Source of the DNA: Acidobacteriota bacterium
GTDB lineage: Bacteria > Acidobacteriota > UBA6911 > RPQK01 > CBDBID01
Length of the DNA: 64,000 nt
Reading direction: 5' to 3'
NCBI GenBank assembly: GCA_965205565.1
Contig: CBDBID010000037.1
Location: 22,547 to 86,546 of the forward strand
The notes under the pieces are model-generated. The model was not told the DNA's origin. It was given only the letters and a program-made list of their open reading frames with translations, and searched no databases. Shown here in pieces: positions 28,686-38,663 of this stretch. The position numbers were made by a program, and so were the translations under genes. Position 1 is the stretch's first letter. Every line of letters begins with the position of its first letter.

Positions 28686-28769
28686 TGCTTGATCTCTCCT
28701 TTCGGGAATTCTAGCATAGCCTTCCGCCCCTCCAGCGTTTCACACTTGGGTATAATACAAGCTCCGGAG

Positions 28770-29417
28770 ATGACCGAACTTCTAACTGTCAACGAGATCT
28801 TTTTCAGCATCCAAGGAGAGTCGACTTTCGCGGGCCGGCCCTGCGCTTTCGTGCGCCTGACATACTGCAACCTGCGTTGCCATTATTGCGATACCGAGCA
28901 TGCCTTCTCCGAAGGTTCTCCAATGACGGTGGGGAGGGTTTTGGAAACCGTCAGAGGTTACCCAACCGAGCTGGTTGAGATTACGGGCGGGGAGCCTTTG
29001 GCCCAAGCATCGGTTCATCCGCTGACCCGCCGACTTCTGGACGAAGGCAAGACAGTCCTGATCGAAACCGGTGGCAGCCTGGACATTCGACCGGTCGACC
29101 AGCGTGCCATCTTGATCTACGACATCAAATGTCCCGGGAGCGGCATGGAGAGGAAGAACCTCTGGAGCAATCTCGACCACCTCAGACCTCAAGACGAGAT
29201 CAAATTCGTGCTGTCCTCTCGTTCTGATTACGATTGGGCCAAGGGGCAGCTTCAAGATCGCCAGCTGCAGCGACGGCATTCCATTCTCTTCTCCCCCGTC
29301 TGGGGCGGCCTGCAACCCAAGGAGTTGGCCGAATGGATCCTTCTCGATGGCCTTCCTGTGCGCATGCAGGTTCAGCTACACAAGCTGCTCTGGGGGGCGC
29401 ACGCCAAAGGTGTATAA
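28770..29417 (+). CDS. queE: 7-carboxy-7-deazaguanine synthase (radical SAM)
   Basis: EIFFSIQGES, CNLRCHYCDT, TGGEPL, DIKCPGSG, QLHK; TATAAT at 28751. Confidence 0.93.
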   Translation: MTELLTVNEIFFSIQGESTFAGRPCAFVRLTYCNLRCHYCDTEHAFSEGSPMTVGRVLETVRGYPTELVEITGGEPLAQASVHPLTRRLLDEGKTVLIETGGSLDIRPVDQRAILIYDIKCPGSGMERKNLWSNLDHLRPQDEIKFVLSSRSDYDWAKGQLQDRQLQRRHSILFSPVWGGLQPKELAEWILLDGLPVRMQVQLHKLLWGAHAKGV

Positions 29418-29452
29418 AGCGAGTTGAGCCCCCGGACGCGCACAACTTCCCT

Positions 29453-29917
29453 TTACCTGAGTCGTCCGATCTGACGTAGCGCTTCGTAGGTGACGATGGC
29501 CGCCGCGCTCGCCAAATTGAGGCTTCGCACCGCCGACCCAAACATCGGTATGGTGAGGACTTGGTGGTGGTGGTGGAACACCCACTGTGGAAGCCCCCTC
29601 TCTTCGTTGCCGAAAACGAGACAATCTCCCAGGCTAAATCCGGCCTGAAGGTAGGATTTGGAGCCGTTCTTGGAGAAAAAGAAACACCGCGCCTTGCCTA
29701 TCGAGGTCCGAAAATCCTGCCAGCAGGCATGTCGGCGCAAATCCACATGAGGCCAGTAATCGAGGCCCGCCCTTCGCAGCTTCGAGTCGGTTATCTGAAA
29801 TCCCAGCGGCTCGACCAGGTGAAGGCGGGCCTGGGTGGCTACACACAACCGGGCAATGTTGCCCGTGTTGGGAGGGATTTGAGGCTCAATGAGGACGACG
29901 TGCAGGATCGGTGCCAT
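29453..29917 (-). CDS. trmL: tRNA (cytidine(34)-2'-O)-methyltransferase
   Basis: PQIPPNTGNIARLC, LRRAGLDYW, FG.E..GLP, RSLNL. Confidence 0.95.
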   Translation of the reverse strand: MAPILHVVLIEPQIPPNTGNIARLCVATQARLHLVEPLGFQITDSKLRRAGLDYWPHVDLRRHACWQDFRTSIGKARCFFFSKNGSKSYLQAGFSLGDCLVFGNEERGLPQWVFHHHHQVLTIPMFGSAVRSLNLASAAAIVTYEALRQIGRLR

Positions 29918-29952
29918 TGTTGAGTCGGCCCCGCCGGTGGAGCATCCAAAGC

Positions 29953-30900
29953 CTAGACTAACCTGTTGCTTTCTTTGTGCTGTAGAAGAGCTTCCTGGAT
30001 CCGATTCTCCAGAATGAAGTCGTTCCGATTTTCCAGTCTCAGGGTCTTCACGTCGACTCTTGCCATAGAGGTCCGGGGAACCAGGCCGACGACTTCCGTG
30101 GAGGCAACGGCCAGACCCAACCTGTGCGCTTCCTGTTCAACCCGCCGAAAGACCTTTCCAAGTGAGGTCCTCCCATAGTCTGTGAGGTTCATCGAGACCT
30201 GCGCCTGATTTCTCTTCACCAGAAAAAATCCCAGGGCTCGAAGCCCGGACAGACCGCCGGAACTCGCGCGCACCCGAGCGGCTACCTCCCGGGCTGCGCC
30301 TCCATCGGTTGAGTCGAGAAATACGTTGAAGGCGATCAGATGAGACCGCACGCCAATCACCACGGCGCCGGCTGTGGGATGCAGTCGCGAGGGACCGAAA
30401 TCCGGGCGCAACAATACCTCCTCGCTCCCCTTGCGGCGAATCTTCGGCAGGCTCTCATGGCCGGGTGTCGAAGCCGCCTTTTCGTACAGAAAAATCGGGA
30501 TGTCAAAGGCTCGGCTCACCTTCTCTCCGAACCGGCGAGCCCGGGCCACACAGGCTTGCATTGAGATGCCCTGCAGGGGCACAAACGGCACGACATCAAC
30601 AGCTCCCAACCGGGGGTGAACGCCCTGATGGCTCCTCAGGTCAATTCTCCCAATCGCCTCAGAAACGGCAGACGAAGCCGCCTCGAAGACCGAACTCGCA
30701 TTCCCGATGAAGGAAAAGACCGCCCGGTGATGGTCCCAATCCTGATGGACATCGAGTAAGAAGGCATCTGGGGTGGACTCGATCGCGTTTCGGATCGCCG
30801 CCACCGTCTGCTTGCGCCGTCCTTCGCTGACGTTTATGACGCATTCTATCATCGGGTGGATGGCGGAGCCATCCGGGAGAGTCGGTTTACAGCTTGACAT
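29953..30900 (-). CDS. ftcD: Glutamate formiminotransferase (stand-alone, no cyclodeaminase)
   Basis: ECV.NVSEGR, D.DHHR.V, H.GVHPR.GAVDVVPFVP, PDFGP, HPTAGA, QVSMNL; alternative start 30852. Confidence 0.9.
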   Translation of the reverse strand: MSSCKPTLPDGSAIHPMIECVINVSEGRRKQTVAAIRNAIESTPDAFLLDVHQDWDHHRAVFSFIGNASSVFEAASSAVSEAIGRIDLRSHQGVHPRLGAVDVVPFVPLQGISMQACVARARRFGEKVSRAFDIPIFLYEKAASTPGHESLPKIRRKGSEEVLLRPDFGPSRLHPTAGAVVIGVRSHLIAFNVFLDSTDGGAAREVAARVRASSGGLSGLRALGFFLVKRNQAQVSMNLTDYGRTSLGKVFRRVEQEAHRLGLAVASTEVVGLVPRTSMARVDVKTLRLENRNDFILENRIQEALLQHKESNRLV

Positions 30901-30913
30901 CAGAGGGATTCCT

Positions 30914-31159
30914 TTACGACGAAGGAGGATTTTCTTGCGGCAAACGCGCCAACAGCAGATCTGTGATCTGCCGCCCCTTCATGCCCACCAGCCGGACTCG
31001 ACACCGGCCCGCCACTGTTATCTCGTCCCTGATCCCGGCGGTGCGACCCAGTTCTACCATCAAATGGCCGGCGGCTCGAAAATTCCGAAACGACGAAAAC
31101 CCGTTCAGAAACACCGGCAACAACCCCAGAGAAATTAACGCTGGTTGATAGCTCTCCAT
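30914..31159 (-). pseudogene. Possible remnant of a CorC/HlyC transporter-associated domain
   Basis: GHLMVELGR....DEITVAG..VRLVGMKGRQI..LLL resembles G.V...LGR.P..GD.V...G..F.V..MDGRRI..V. Confidence 0.4.
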
Positions 31160-31461
31160 GAGTGGCTCTTATAGCACAGGACCGCCGGAGTTAGGCGGCC
31201 GACGATGGGCTCAGCCCACCGCATCGGATGGCTCTATTTGCACACGGCGATCCCCTCTTTTTGCAGAGTCAACTGGACCGTGTTCTGGCGGGACTGGTCC
31301 CACCTTTCCTTGGTGTCCGCCCCCGAGGCTTTCGCTTATACTGGTGGGGATGCAGCTTAACGCGACTGGAACTTCCCAGCTGTGGAGGATAGCCATAGCT
31401 GTTCGGACCGGGCGAGGATCCAGCCCGTGGCCAATCTCCTCTCAAAGGTAGGCCACAGGTT

Positions 31462-32223
31462 TTGGCGATAGACCAGCGCTACTACGAGATCCTGAGACAC
31501 GCCTCCCAGGATGCCTACTATCAAGCCATCAATGATCCCGAGGACGATCTGTATGGCGTTTTATGGGATCTGTTTGAGGCGGTCGTCATCGAGCCTGGGG
31601 AAATCTTTGACGGCGACTTTCGAGAACAGAATCAGTTCCGCTACAGTATCAACTCTTCGGTAACCTTAGAGTTTTTCCCCTGCCCGGCATACTTCCAAGA
31701 ACGCATGGAACCGGACCCCTATAGAGATGACGCCGACGCAGCCGGGGTGCATCTGAAGTTTTGCATCCTTCCCTACATGAGCTGTCTGTTTTCCGTAGGA
31801 TTTCAGATCTGGGGTCATTCCGAGCGGGACGCCCTCAAGCAAATCTGGCGTCAGCATCGGGGCCTTCTCCAGGATGTTCTGCAAAAATCGAAGCCCATGA
31901 TCTTTACGGCCGCCCCCTTATCGGGGGTCGACCATGCTTCCAGCCTGGAAGAGTTACTGGACAACTACTTCGCTTCGAAAGATCCGGAGAACTTCATCGA
32001 GCTCCAATACCCCTTTGCTCAGTTCGATGAGACGGAGGCCGCTCAGAACTTCATGACCTATATGGCCCTGCTCTACCATGGCGTTCGGGATTACTGCCAG
32101 GATGGGGAGGACCGGCTTAAGTCAGACCTGGAGCGGGTACGTGGCTTCTTTTCCGAACATCTCCCGGATCTGCCCTTTCCGCTGCCCTGCGTTGAGCTGG
32201 CAGCTAGCCTGGATCACGAGTAG
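31462..32223 (+). CDS. Hypothetical acidic cytoplasmic protein
   Basis: 253 aa protein-like ORF, TTG start with AAGGTAGG upstream and TATACT at 31347; no family recognised. Confidence 0.75.
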   Translation: MAIDQRYYEILRHASQDAYYQAINDPEDDLYGVLWDLFEAVVIEPGEIFDGDFREQNQFRYSINSSVTLEFFPCPAYFQERMEPDPYRDDADAAGVHLKFCILPYMSCLFSVGFQIWGHSERDALKQIWRQHRGLLQDVLQKSKPMIFTAAPLSGVDHASSLEELLDNYFASKDPENFIELQYPFAQFDETEAAQNFMTYMALLYHGVRDYCQDGEDRLKSDLERVRGFFSEHLPDLPFPLPCVELAASLDHE

Positions 32224-32990
32224 GCGGTTGGAGGGCAGGTTTGCCGGACCGGCCCCTGCCACCGGGTATCGAGCGACACGGGACAGCGTGAGAACCCACA
32301 CCCGCTTGACTCGACCCTGACGCTTCAACATCGTTGAGATCTCACTGACGCTTGCCCCCGTAGTCATCACGTCGTCCACGAGCAGGACCGTTTCCCCCGC
32401 CAGCTGGTTCTTCCGCTTCAGGGCAAAAGCATGGCGGACATTGAGCGGCGTTGACGCTGAGCCAAACCGAACTGCGGCCTCGTGGGCCGGACTCGGGAGA
32501 GCCCTTGGAACAGCCCCGCGCTCAGTCCCCTGGCCAGCAGCCGACTCAGCAGGAGGGTCTGGTCAAAGCCTCTCTGCCTACGCCGGCTCGAGTGCAGGGG
32601 GACCGGTACGATCCAATCGCATTCGAGCCAGAGGTCGTCCTGCTGGCAGCATCGCTCGAATAGAAGCCCCGCCAGAGGTCAGGCCAGAGTCCGGAAGGAA
32701 TCGAACTTGAACCTCCGGATCAATGTGCGCAGATTACCCGAATACGGACTGTAGGATCAGGCCCGGTCGAAGGGGTTGCTTCTCAAATGACAGGCCGAAC
32801 AGCACGAGTAGGCCTCTGTGAGGCTGCCCGGCAGGGAGACTCCGCAGTAGTAACAGATAGGGGGCCCTGTGACCCTGCAACGAAGAACGACAAGTCGGGC
32901 CCAGCGGACTCCAGTCCGGATTACAGGTCCATCCCCTGGAAAAGTACGCAGCTCTGCGGGACAAACAGAACCTGAGTGACGCAAGCGATC
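32224..32990 (-). pseudogene. comF: ComF-family competence phosphoribosyltransferase, disrupted
   Basis: C..CG...C..C, VPVPLH..R...RGF.Q, LLVDDVMTTGAS; in-frame TGA at 32757-32759 and 32679-32681, frameshift near 32450; boundaries approximate. Confidence 0.85.
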
Positions 32991-33089
32991 ACCCCTTAAA
33001 GGTTCACACTCGCTACAACGGCGCCATCCGCAAATCTGCGAACCGTGGGGGCGGGAGAAGTACCTAGCAGTAAGGATGGTGGCCCAAGC

Positions 33090-33446
33090 TTACAGCTCTC
33101 CTCCCTCTTCTTTCTCCTGACACTTCACGCACAAACCGGCCCAGGGGATCGCCTCCAACCGCTTTCGCTCCACCGGTTTCTCACAATTAAGACATTGACC
33201 GAACTCGCCACTTGTGATCCGGCTAATGGCGTCCGTGATCGACTGCAGCAGTCTGCGGTCGTTATTACTCTTGCTGAACATGAACTCTTTTGTGTAAGCG
33301 CTAGAGGCACGATCCACGATGTCCATGGCATCCCTTTCACTGGCGGCTTCCCGACCATCGCTCTCAATGAGCTGCACAGCATGGATCAACTCCGCCCTTT
33401 TGTTCTCCAGCTTCTTCTTGAAATAGTCTAGGTCCTTGGCCTTCAT
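33090..33446 (-). CDS. DksA/TraR-family zinc-finger transcription factor
   Basis: D..D.AS, FGQCLNC...RLEAIPW..LCVKCQ; start re-called to ATG 33446 (GGGAGG RBS). Confidence 0.9.
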   Translation of the reverse strand: MKAKDLDYFKKKLENKRAELIHAVQLIESDGREAASERDAMDIVDRASSAYTKEFMFSKSNNDRRLLQSITDAISRITSGEFGQCLNCEKPVERKRLEAIPWAGLCVKCQEKEEGGEL

Positions 33447-33483
33447 GCCAACCTCCCTGTGCGAGCCGAGGCACCAGGCTCGA

Positions 33484-33712
33484 TCGCTACCTCCCCCCTT
33501 TGCCAGACGGGCGATCCGACCGAACTCAAGCCTACCAAGCACAACGAAACCGGCCTTCACGCAGATTCCGCTTCAGGTGGACCTACGGCACTCCCGGTCG
33601 GCTCGTAGCTCAATGTATGAGCCCCTACATACTGGATTTTTCAGTAGGGAGCAACCCTTCAGTGCACTCAAATGACCCAGCGCGCCGCTGGCGCCAGTGT
33701 GGAGTGCAACGA
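33484..33712 (-). ncRNA. Candidate structured non-coding RNA (~230 nt), family not assigned
   Basis: 5' TCGTTGC-A-CTCC...GCCAG-CGG-C-GCG pairs with 3' CGC-CCG-T-CTGGC...GGAG-GTAGCGA; internal hairpins; fills the rsfS to dksA-like gap. Confidence 0.4.
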
Positions 33713-34072
33713 CTAGGCAGAAGCGAGCTGGCTTTGCACCTCTTCTCCGTCGCTCCAGAGCCGCTCCAGATTGTAGAACTCCCGTGTCTCTGGCAAAAAT
33801 ATGTGGATGACCAGCTCCAGATAATCGATCAAGATCCAGTCAGCTTTTCGATAGCCTTCCAAGTGGTCCGGCACCCGCTTTTCGCGCTTCTTGAGGCAAC
33901 GGACGATCTCGTCGCAAATGGCCTGATTCTGTTTTGGGTTGTGACCACTACACACCACGAAGAAGTCTGTGAAGGAGGACACTTTGGAGACATCAAGGAC
34001 GAGTACCGCCTCCCCCTTCTTGCCCTCAACCGCCTGACAGACTGTCCGCAATGTCCTTTTGATTTGGCTCAT
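33713..34072 (-). CDS. rsfS: Ribosome silencing factor
   Basis: KK...LDV, TDFFVVCSG, WILIDY...IHIF...REFYNLERLW. Confidence 0.95.
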   Translation of the reverse strand: MSQIKRTLRTVCQAVEGKKGEAVLVLDVSKVSSFTDFFVVCSGHNPKQNQAICDEIVRCLKKREKRVPDHLEGYRKADWILIDYLELVIHIFLPETREFYNLERLWSDGEEVQSQLASA

Positions 34073-34706
34073 ACAAATGATATTTCCTAATGTGCCGATA
34101 GACGTCCGGACCGAGCGAGTGCCTCGACGGACGTTTTCCTGAGAGGATCAATTGCCGAATGTCAGAGGAACTGACGTTGGGAGCCTCGAGCTGTATAAGA
34201 TAAGATCGTCCCGGCCGGACATCCAGCTTCTCGTGCTCGCCGAGACACCGGATTCGCTCCTTCAGAACCGCCGGCAACAAGAGTCCCTTCAGATCCGTTT
34301 CAGATCCAGGTCGTTGCACGAATGTCAAGCAGTGTTCGGTTAGGAGTTTATCGCAATTCTTCCAGGAGTGAAGCTCTCTCAGGGAGTCACTCCCGGCAAT
34401 GAAACAAAACTGATGGTGGGGGTACCTTTGAGTGAAGGACTGCATCGTCTGCACCGTATAGGAGGGACCCCGTTGCCGCAATTCCCACTGCGAGGCAAGA
34501 AGATGCCGGAAGTTCGATACCCCCAAAGCGCACATCGCGTATCGGTGAAAGGGGCTGGAAACCGGGATTTTGTCTCGGTGTGGAGGGGAACGCGCTACCA
34601 TGAACAGGACGCGCTCCAAACCCCAAAGCTCTCGCACTCGGCGCGCAATAAAGCAGTGCCCCTCGTGAATGGGGTCGAAGGTTCCGCCCAGGATGCCGAT
34701 CTTCAA
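34026..34706 (-). CDS. nadD: Nicotinate-nucleotide adenylyltransferase
   Basis: GILGGTFDPIH.GH, PPH, SYTV.T, G.DSL..L.SW, VSSSDIR. Confidence 0.95.
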   Translation of the reverse strand: MKIGILGGTFDPIHEGHCFIARRVRELWGLERVLFMVARSPPHRDKIPVSSPFHRYAMCALGVSNFRHLLASQWELRQRGPSYTVQTMQSFTQRYPHHQFCFIAGSDSLRELHSWKNCDKLLTEHCLTFVQRPGSETDLKGLLLPAVLKERIRCLGEHEKLDVRPGRSYLIQLEAPNVSSSDIRQLILSGKRPSRHSLGPDVYRHIRKYHLYEPNQKDIADSLSGG

Positions 34707-35704
34707 GTCCGATTCACCTCCAAGAGTTGAGCCATGCGTTTCGTCAAGGCGGGTAACCCCTGGCCCGAGGCAGCGGAAATTTCCAGAAACGGCAACCTTC
34801 TGGCTCGAGCGTAATCCCGCAAGCCGATCAGCTTTTCAGCGTCCACGATATCCATCTTCGACGCCACTACAACCTGCGGCTTGTCCGCCAGAGCTGGGTC
34901 GTAGCACTCCAACTCAGCGGCGACATCTCGGTAAGCCTCCACCGGATCGCTGGGGCCTGACTCACTCACATCCACCAGATGCACCAACAAGCGGGTGCGT
35001 TCCACGTGCCGCAGGAAGCGGTCGCCTAGCCCACTTCCCCCGTGCGATCCCTTGATCAGTCCAGGGATGTCCGCCACGACGAAAGAGTAGTATTCCTGCC
35101 AGGAAACCACGCCCAAGTGCGGGGTGAGGGTAGTGAAAGGATAGCTGGCCGCCTTCGAGCGAGCCGACGATATCGCCGAAATCAGGGTGGATTTACCGGC
35201 GTTTGGAAGACCGATCAGTCCGGCATCCGCCAGAATCTTTAGTTTCAGGATCACGGCCAGCTGCTGGCCCGGTTGTCCTTCCTCGAACTTGTGGGGTGCC
35301 TGATTGGTGGCGGTTGCAAAAGCGGCGTTGCCCCGCCCACCTCGCCCGCCCGTGGCCACTCGCACGGCTTGCTCATCCTCCAAGAGATCGCACAGCAACC
35401 CGCCGGAGGCTTCCTCGTAGACTTGCGTGCCGACCGGAACCTCGATGAAGACATTCTGTCCATCCTTGCCTCGTCGGTCGGAGCCAGAACCGTGCCCTCC
35501 TCGAGGGGCTTTGAAGTGCTGTCGATAACGGAAATATTGAAGGGTGTTTAAGTGACTGTTACAGCGGAAGTAGATGTCGCCGCCCCTCCCTCCGTTACCC
35601 CCGCTAGGCCCGCCCCTCGGAACATATTTTTCTCTTCGAAAGGCCAAACAGCCATTGCCACCGTCCCCGGCTCGTAGGAGGACTTCCGCGCGGTCGACGA
35701 ACAT
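34703..35704 (-). CDS. obgE: GTPase Obg/CgtA
   Basis: FRREKYVPRGGP.GG.GG.GG, GLPNAGKST, YPFTTL.P, DIPG, FLRHVER. Confidence 0.97.
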   Translation of the reverse strand: MFVDRAEVLLRAGDGGNGCLAFRREKYVPRGGPSGGNGGRGGDIYFRCNSHLNTLQYFRYRQHFKAPRGGHGSGSDRRGKDGQNVFIEVPVGTQVYEEASGGLLCDLLEDEQAVRVATGGRGGRGNAAFATATNQAPHKFEEGQPGQQLAVILKLKILADAGLIGLPNAGKSTLISAISSARSKAASYPFTTLTPHLGVVSWQEYYSFVVADIPGLIKGSHGGSGLGDRFLRHVERTRLLVHLVDVSESGPSDPVEAYRDVAAELECYDPALADKPQVVVASKMDIVDAEKLIGLRDYARARRLPFLEISAASGQGLPALTKRMAQLLEVNRT

Positions 35705-35768
35705 CAGCGCGAGTCAGCGGGCGCAGCAGCCCCTGGATGGGATGTGGTCGCGCCCCGTCAGAAGCCAC

Positions 35769-36029
35769 TTACCTGCTTGCCGCCAAGATGTGAACGAAGT
35801 GTCCGTGGGAGCCCCGTTTCTGGTACTTGACCACCCCATCGACTTTGGCAAAAAGAGTATCATCCCTCCCTCGACCGACATTCAAGCCTGGCTTAACTCG
35901 GGTGCCCCGTTGACGAATCAGGATCGAACCGCCGGATACGAGTTGGCCGTCGTAGCGCTTCACGCCCAGACGCTTGGAGTGACTGTCACGACCGTTCTTC
36001 GAACTCCCCAATCCCTTCTTGTGCGCCAT
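35769..36029 (-). CDS. rpmA: 50S ribosomal protein L27
   Basis: [33 protein letters not shown]. Confidence 0.98.
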   Translation of the reverse strand: MAHKKGLGSSKNGRDSHSKRLGVKRYDGQLVSGGSILIRQRGTRVKPGLNVGRGRDDTLFAKVDGVVKYQKRGSHGHFVHILAASR

Positions 36030-36045
36030 ACTCTATCTCCCTCGA

Positions 36046-36498
36046 CTACTTTTTCTCAGCAGCTGGTTTGGTCTTCGCTTGGCGCGGCTTGGTGGCAGTC
36101 GCAGTTGCCTTCCGAGAAGATGCCTTGGTTTGGCCGGAAGCTTTCGGCTCGGCCTTGGCGGAAGGCTGGGGGCGGCTTTTCGCTTTCGGCAAAACGATCT
36201 TGTCGATGTGAACTTGGGCAAATGCCTGCCGGTGGCCCTGTTTGCGCCGGTACATCTTTCGACGCTTAAATTTGAAGACCACGATTTTTCCGGCTTTACC
36301 CTGCTGGGTGACCCCCCCTGTGACTCTGGCGCCTTTTACGGTGGGCGTACCCACCTGAACGCTATCTTGATCTTGGACCCAAAGGACATCATCGAAGTGG
36401 ACCTTTTCTCCCACCTCAGCGTCCAATTTCTCAAGCTTTATCGACTCGCCCTCGGACACGCGATACTGCTTGCCTCCACTTCGAATGACGGCGTACAT
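36046..36498 (-). CDS. rplU: 50S ribosomal protein L21 with Lys/Ala-rich tail
   Basis: MYAVI.SGGKQYRV, FKFKRRK.YRRKQGHRQ. Confidence 0.97.
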   Translation of the reverse strand: MYAVIRSGGKQYRVSEGESIKLEKLDAEVGEKVHFDDVLWVQDQDSVQVGTPTVKGARVTGGVTQQGKAGKIVVFKFKRRKMYRRKQGHRQAFAQVHIDKIVLPKAKSRPQPSAKAEPKASGQTKASSRKATATATKPRQAKTKPAAEKK

Positions 36499-36560
36499 GA
36501 TTTTCTCCGCAGGCCCTTGTCCTTTCCCTAGGCGGCCATAACCAGGCGACCATAACCTTC

Positions 36561-36590
36561 ATTATACGAACTAGCTTCCGGGTCTGTCAA
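36561..36590 (-). promoter_or_regulatory. Consensus sigma70 promoter of the rplU-rpmA-obgE-nadD-rsfS operon
   Basis: Minus strand TTGACA-N18-TATAAT. Confidence 0.8.
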
Positions 36591-36689
36591 AAGGAGTGGC
36601 AGGGCAGGGCAGGATACGCGATTTTGGCGGGGAGACACCTCCCCTGAGAGCGGGCCAGCCAGGGTGGGGCCAGGTCCCACCAGTCGCTC

Positions 36690-36917
<228 letters not shown>

Positions 36918-36925
<8 letters not shown>

Positions 36926-38663
36926 ATAATCCCGAAGGTTGCCCTTCTTTGGTCAACCAGAAATCACCCAGCGCCATGTAGTCGATCTGGGTGCGCATGA
37001 AGCATTCGAAAGCGTGATGCGGTGATTCCACAACGGGCTCGCCACGAACGTTGAAACTCGTGTTCAAGAGAACCGGGCAGCCGGTGATTCGACCGAATTC
37101 CATCAGCAGTCGGTGGAAGCGAGGATTCTCTTCCTGACTCACCGTCTGCACTCTGGCCGAGCCGTCCACGTGGGTGACCGCCGGGATTCTGGAAAGGCTC
37201 TCGGGACGCACCTGAGCCACGATCGACATGTAGGGACTGGGCCGGTCCAGATCGAAATAGTTTCCCACCTCCTCAACCGGAACGGCGGGAGCAAAAGGCC
37301 GAAACGACTCCCGGAATTTGACCCGGGCGTTCAGGCGGTCCCGGGTCTCCTTCGTCCGGGGGTCCGCCAGTAGACTCCGCGAGCCCAGAGCCCTAGGACC
37401 GAACTCCATGTGACCCTGAAACCATGCCACCATTGAGCCCTGCGCCAAGGCCGCGGCGGTTCTTTCCAGAAGCGCCCCCTCCGCGAGTTCTTCACACACT
37501 GCGTGTCGCGATTCCAGGTAGCGTCGAATCTCCTCGCGACCATAAGCCGTCCCCAGCAGGGATCCTCGCTGAGAATCTCGCCCCTGGCACCCAACCGGCA
37601 ATGGCCCAGGCTTCTGCAGGAAACGGTGCCATAGCGCCATGGCAGCCCCCAAAGAACCGCCGGCATCCCCGGAGGCAGGCTGAACCCAGAGATTCTCGAA
37701 GTCACTCTCCCTGAGGACCCTGCCATTGGCCACACAATTCAGGGCCAGGCCTCCTGCCATGCAGAGATTCTTCTCCGCAGTCCTCCGCTTCAGGTGCCGG
37801 CACATCGCCAGTAGCGCTTCCTCGGTAACCTTCTGAATCGAGGCGGCCAAATCTTTGTGGCGTTGGGTCAGCGGCTGAGCACCTCCTCGGGGCGGGCCTC
37901 CGAAGTACGCTTCGAATCGACGGGAGGTCATCTTCAAACCCACCTCAAAATCGAAAAACTCCAAGTTGAGGCGAAGGGATCCATCCTCTCCTATCTCCAC
38001 CACCTGGTCCCGAATCTGATCCGTGTAGGTGGGCCGGCCGTAGGGCGCCAGGCCCATCAGTTTGTACTCCCCCGAATTTACCTTGAACCCCAAATAGTAG
38101 GTGAAAGCGCTGTAAAGGAGACCCAGGGAATGGGGGAAGCGCAGTTCAGAGTCCAGGTCCAGCCGATGATGCTCACCCCGACCCAGCGCCGTGGTCGTCC
38201 ACTCTCCCACCGCGTCCACCGTCAGAACTGCGGCCGATGGAAAGGGGGATGGATAGAATGCCGACGCGGCATGGCTTTCATGGTGGTCAGCAAATAAAAT
38301 GTCCCCCGAGTATCCTTCCAAGTGTCGGCGGATCACATCCTTGATCCACATCTTCTCTCTGAGCCAGGGCGGCATGGCTTTCAAATAGGAAAGCAAACCG
38401 CGAGGACAATGTTTGAGATAGGTCTCGAGAAGACGTTCAAACTTGAGGAATGGTTTTTCGTAGAAAACGACAAAGTCCAGCTGACCGGGACGGCAGTCGC
38501 CTATGCGAAGCGCGGCAGCGACGGCACGAGCCGGGAAGGAGGGATCGTTTTTCTTACGACTGAACCGCTCCTCCTGTAGGGCGGCCACCACACTGCCGTC
38601 GCACAAAAGAGTGGCGGCACTATCGTGATAAAAGGCGGAGATACCCAAGATGCGGCAAGCCAT
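36918..38663 (-). CDS. NodU/CmcH (SxtI-like) O-carbamoyltransferase
   Basis: ILGISAFYHDSAA, EERF.R.K, HHESHAASAF, GEYKLMGLAPYG, EFGPRALG.RS, KFRESFRPFAP, LNTSFN. Confidence 0.95.

Noticed and set aside
32679..32700. TCCGGAAGGAA resembling the SRP RNA loop
   Set aside because: Lies antisense within comF coding sequence and lacks the following GCAGC and flanking helix.
33484..33498. GGGGAGGTAGCG resembling the large SRP RNA 5' end
   Set aside because: No SRP S-domain follows; the dksA-like RBS comes within 40 nt.
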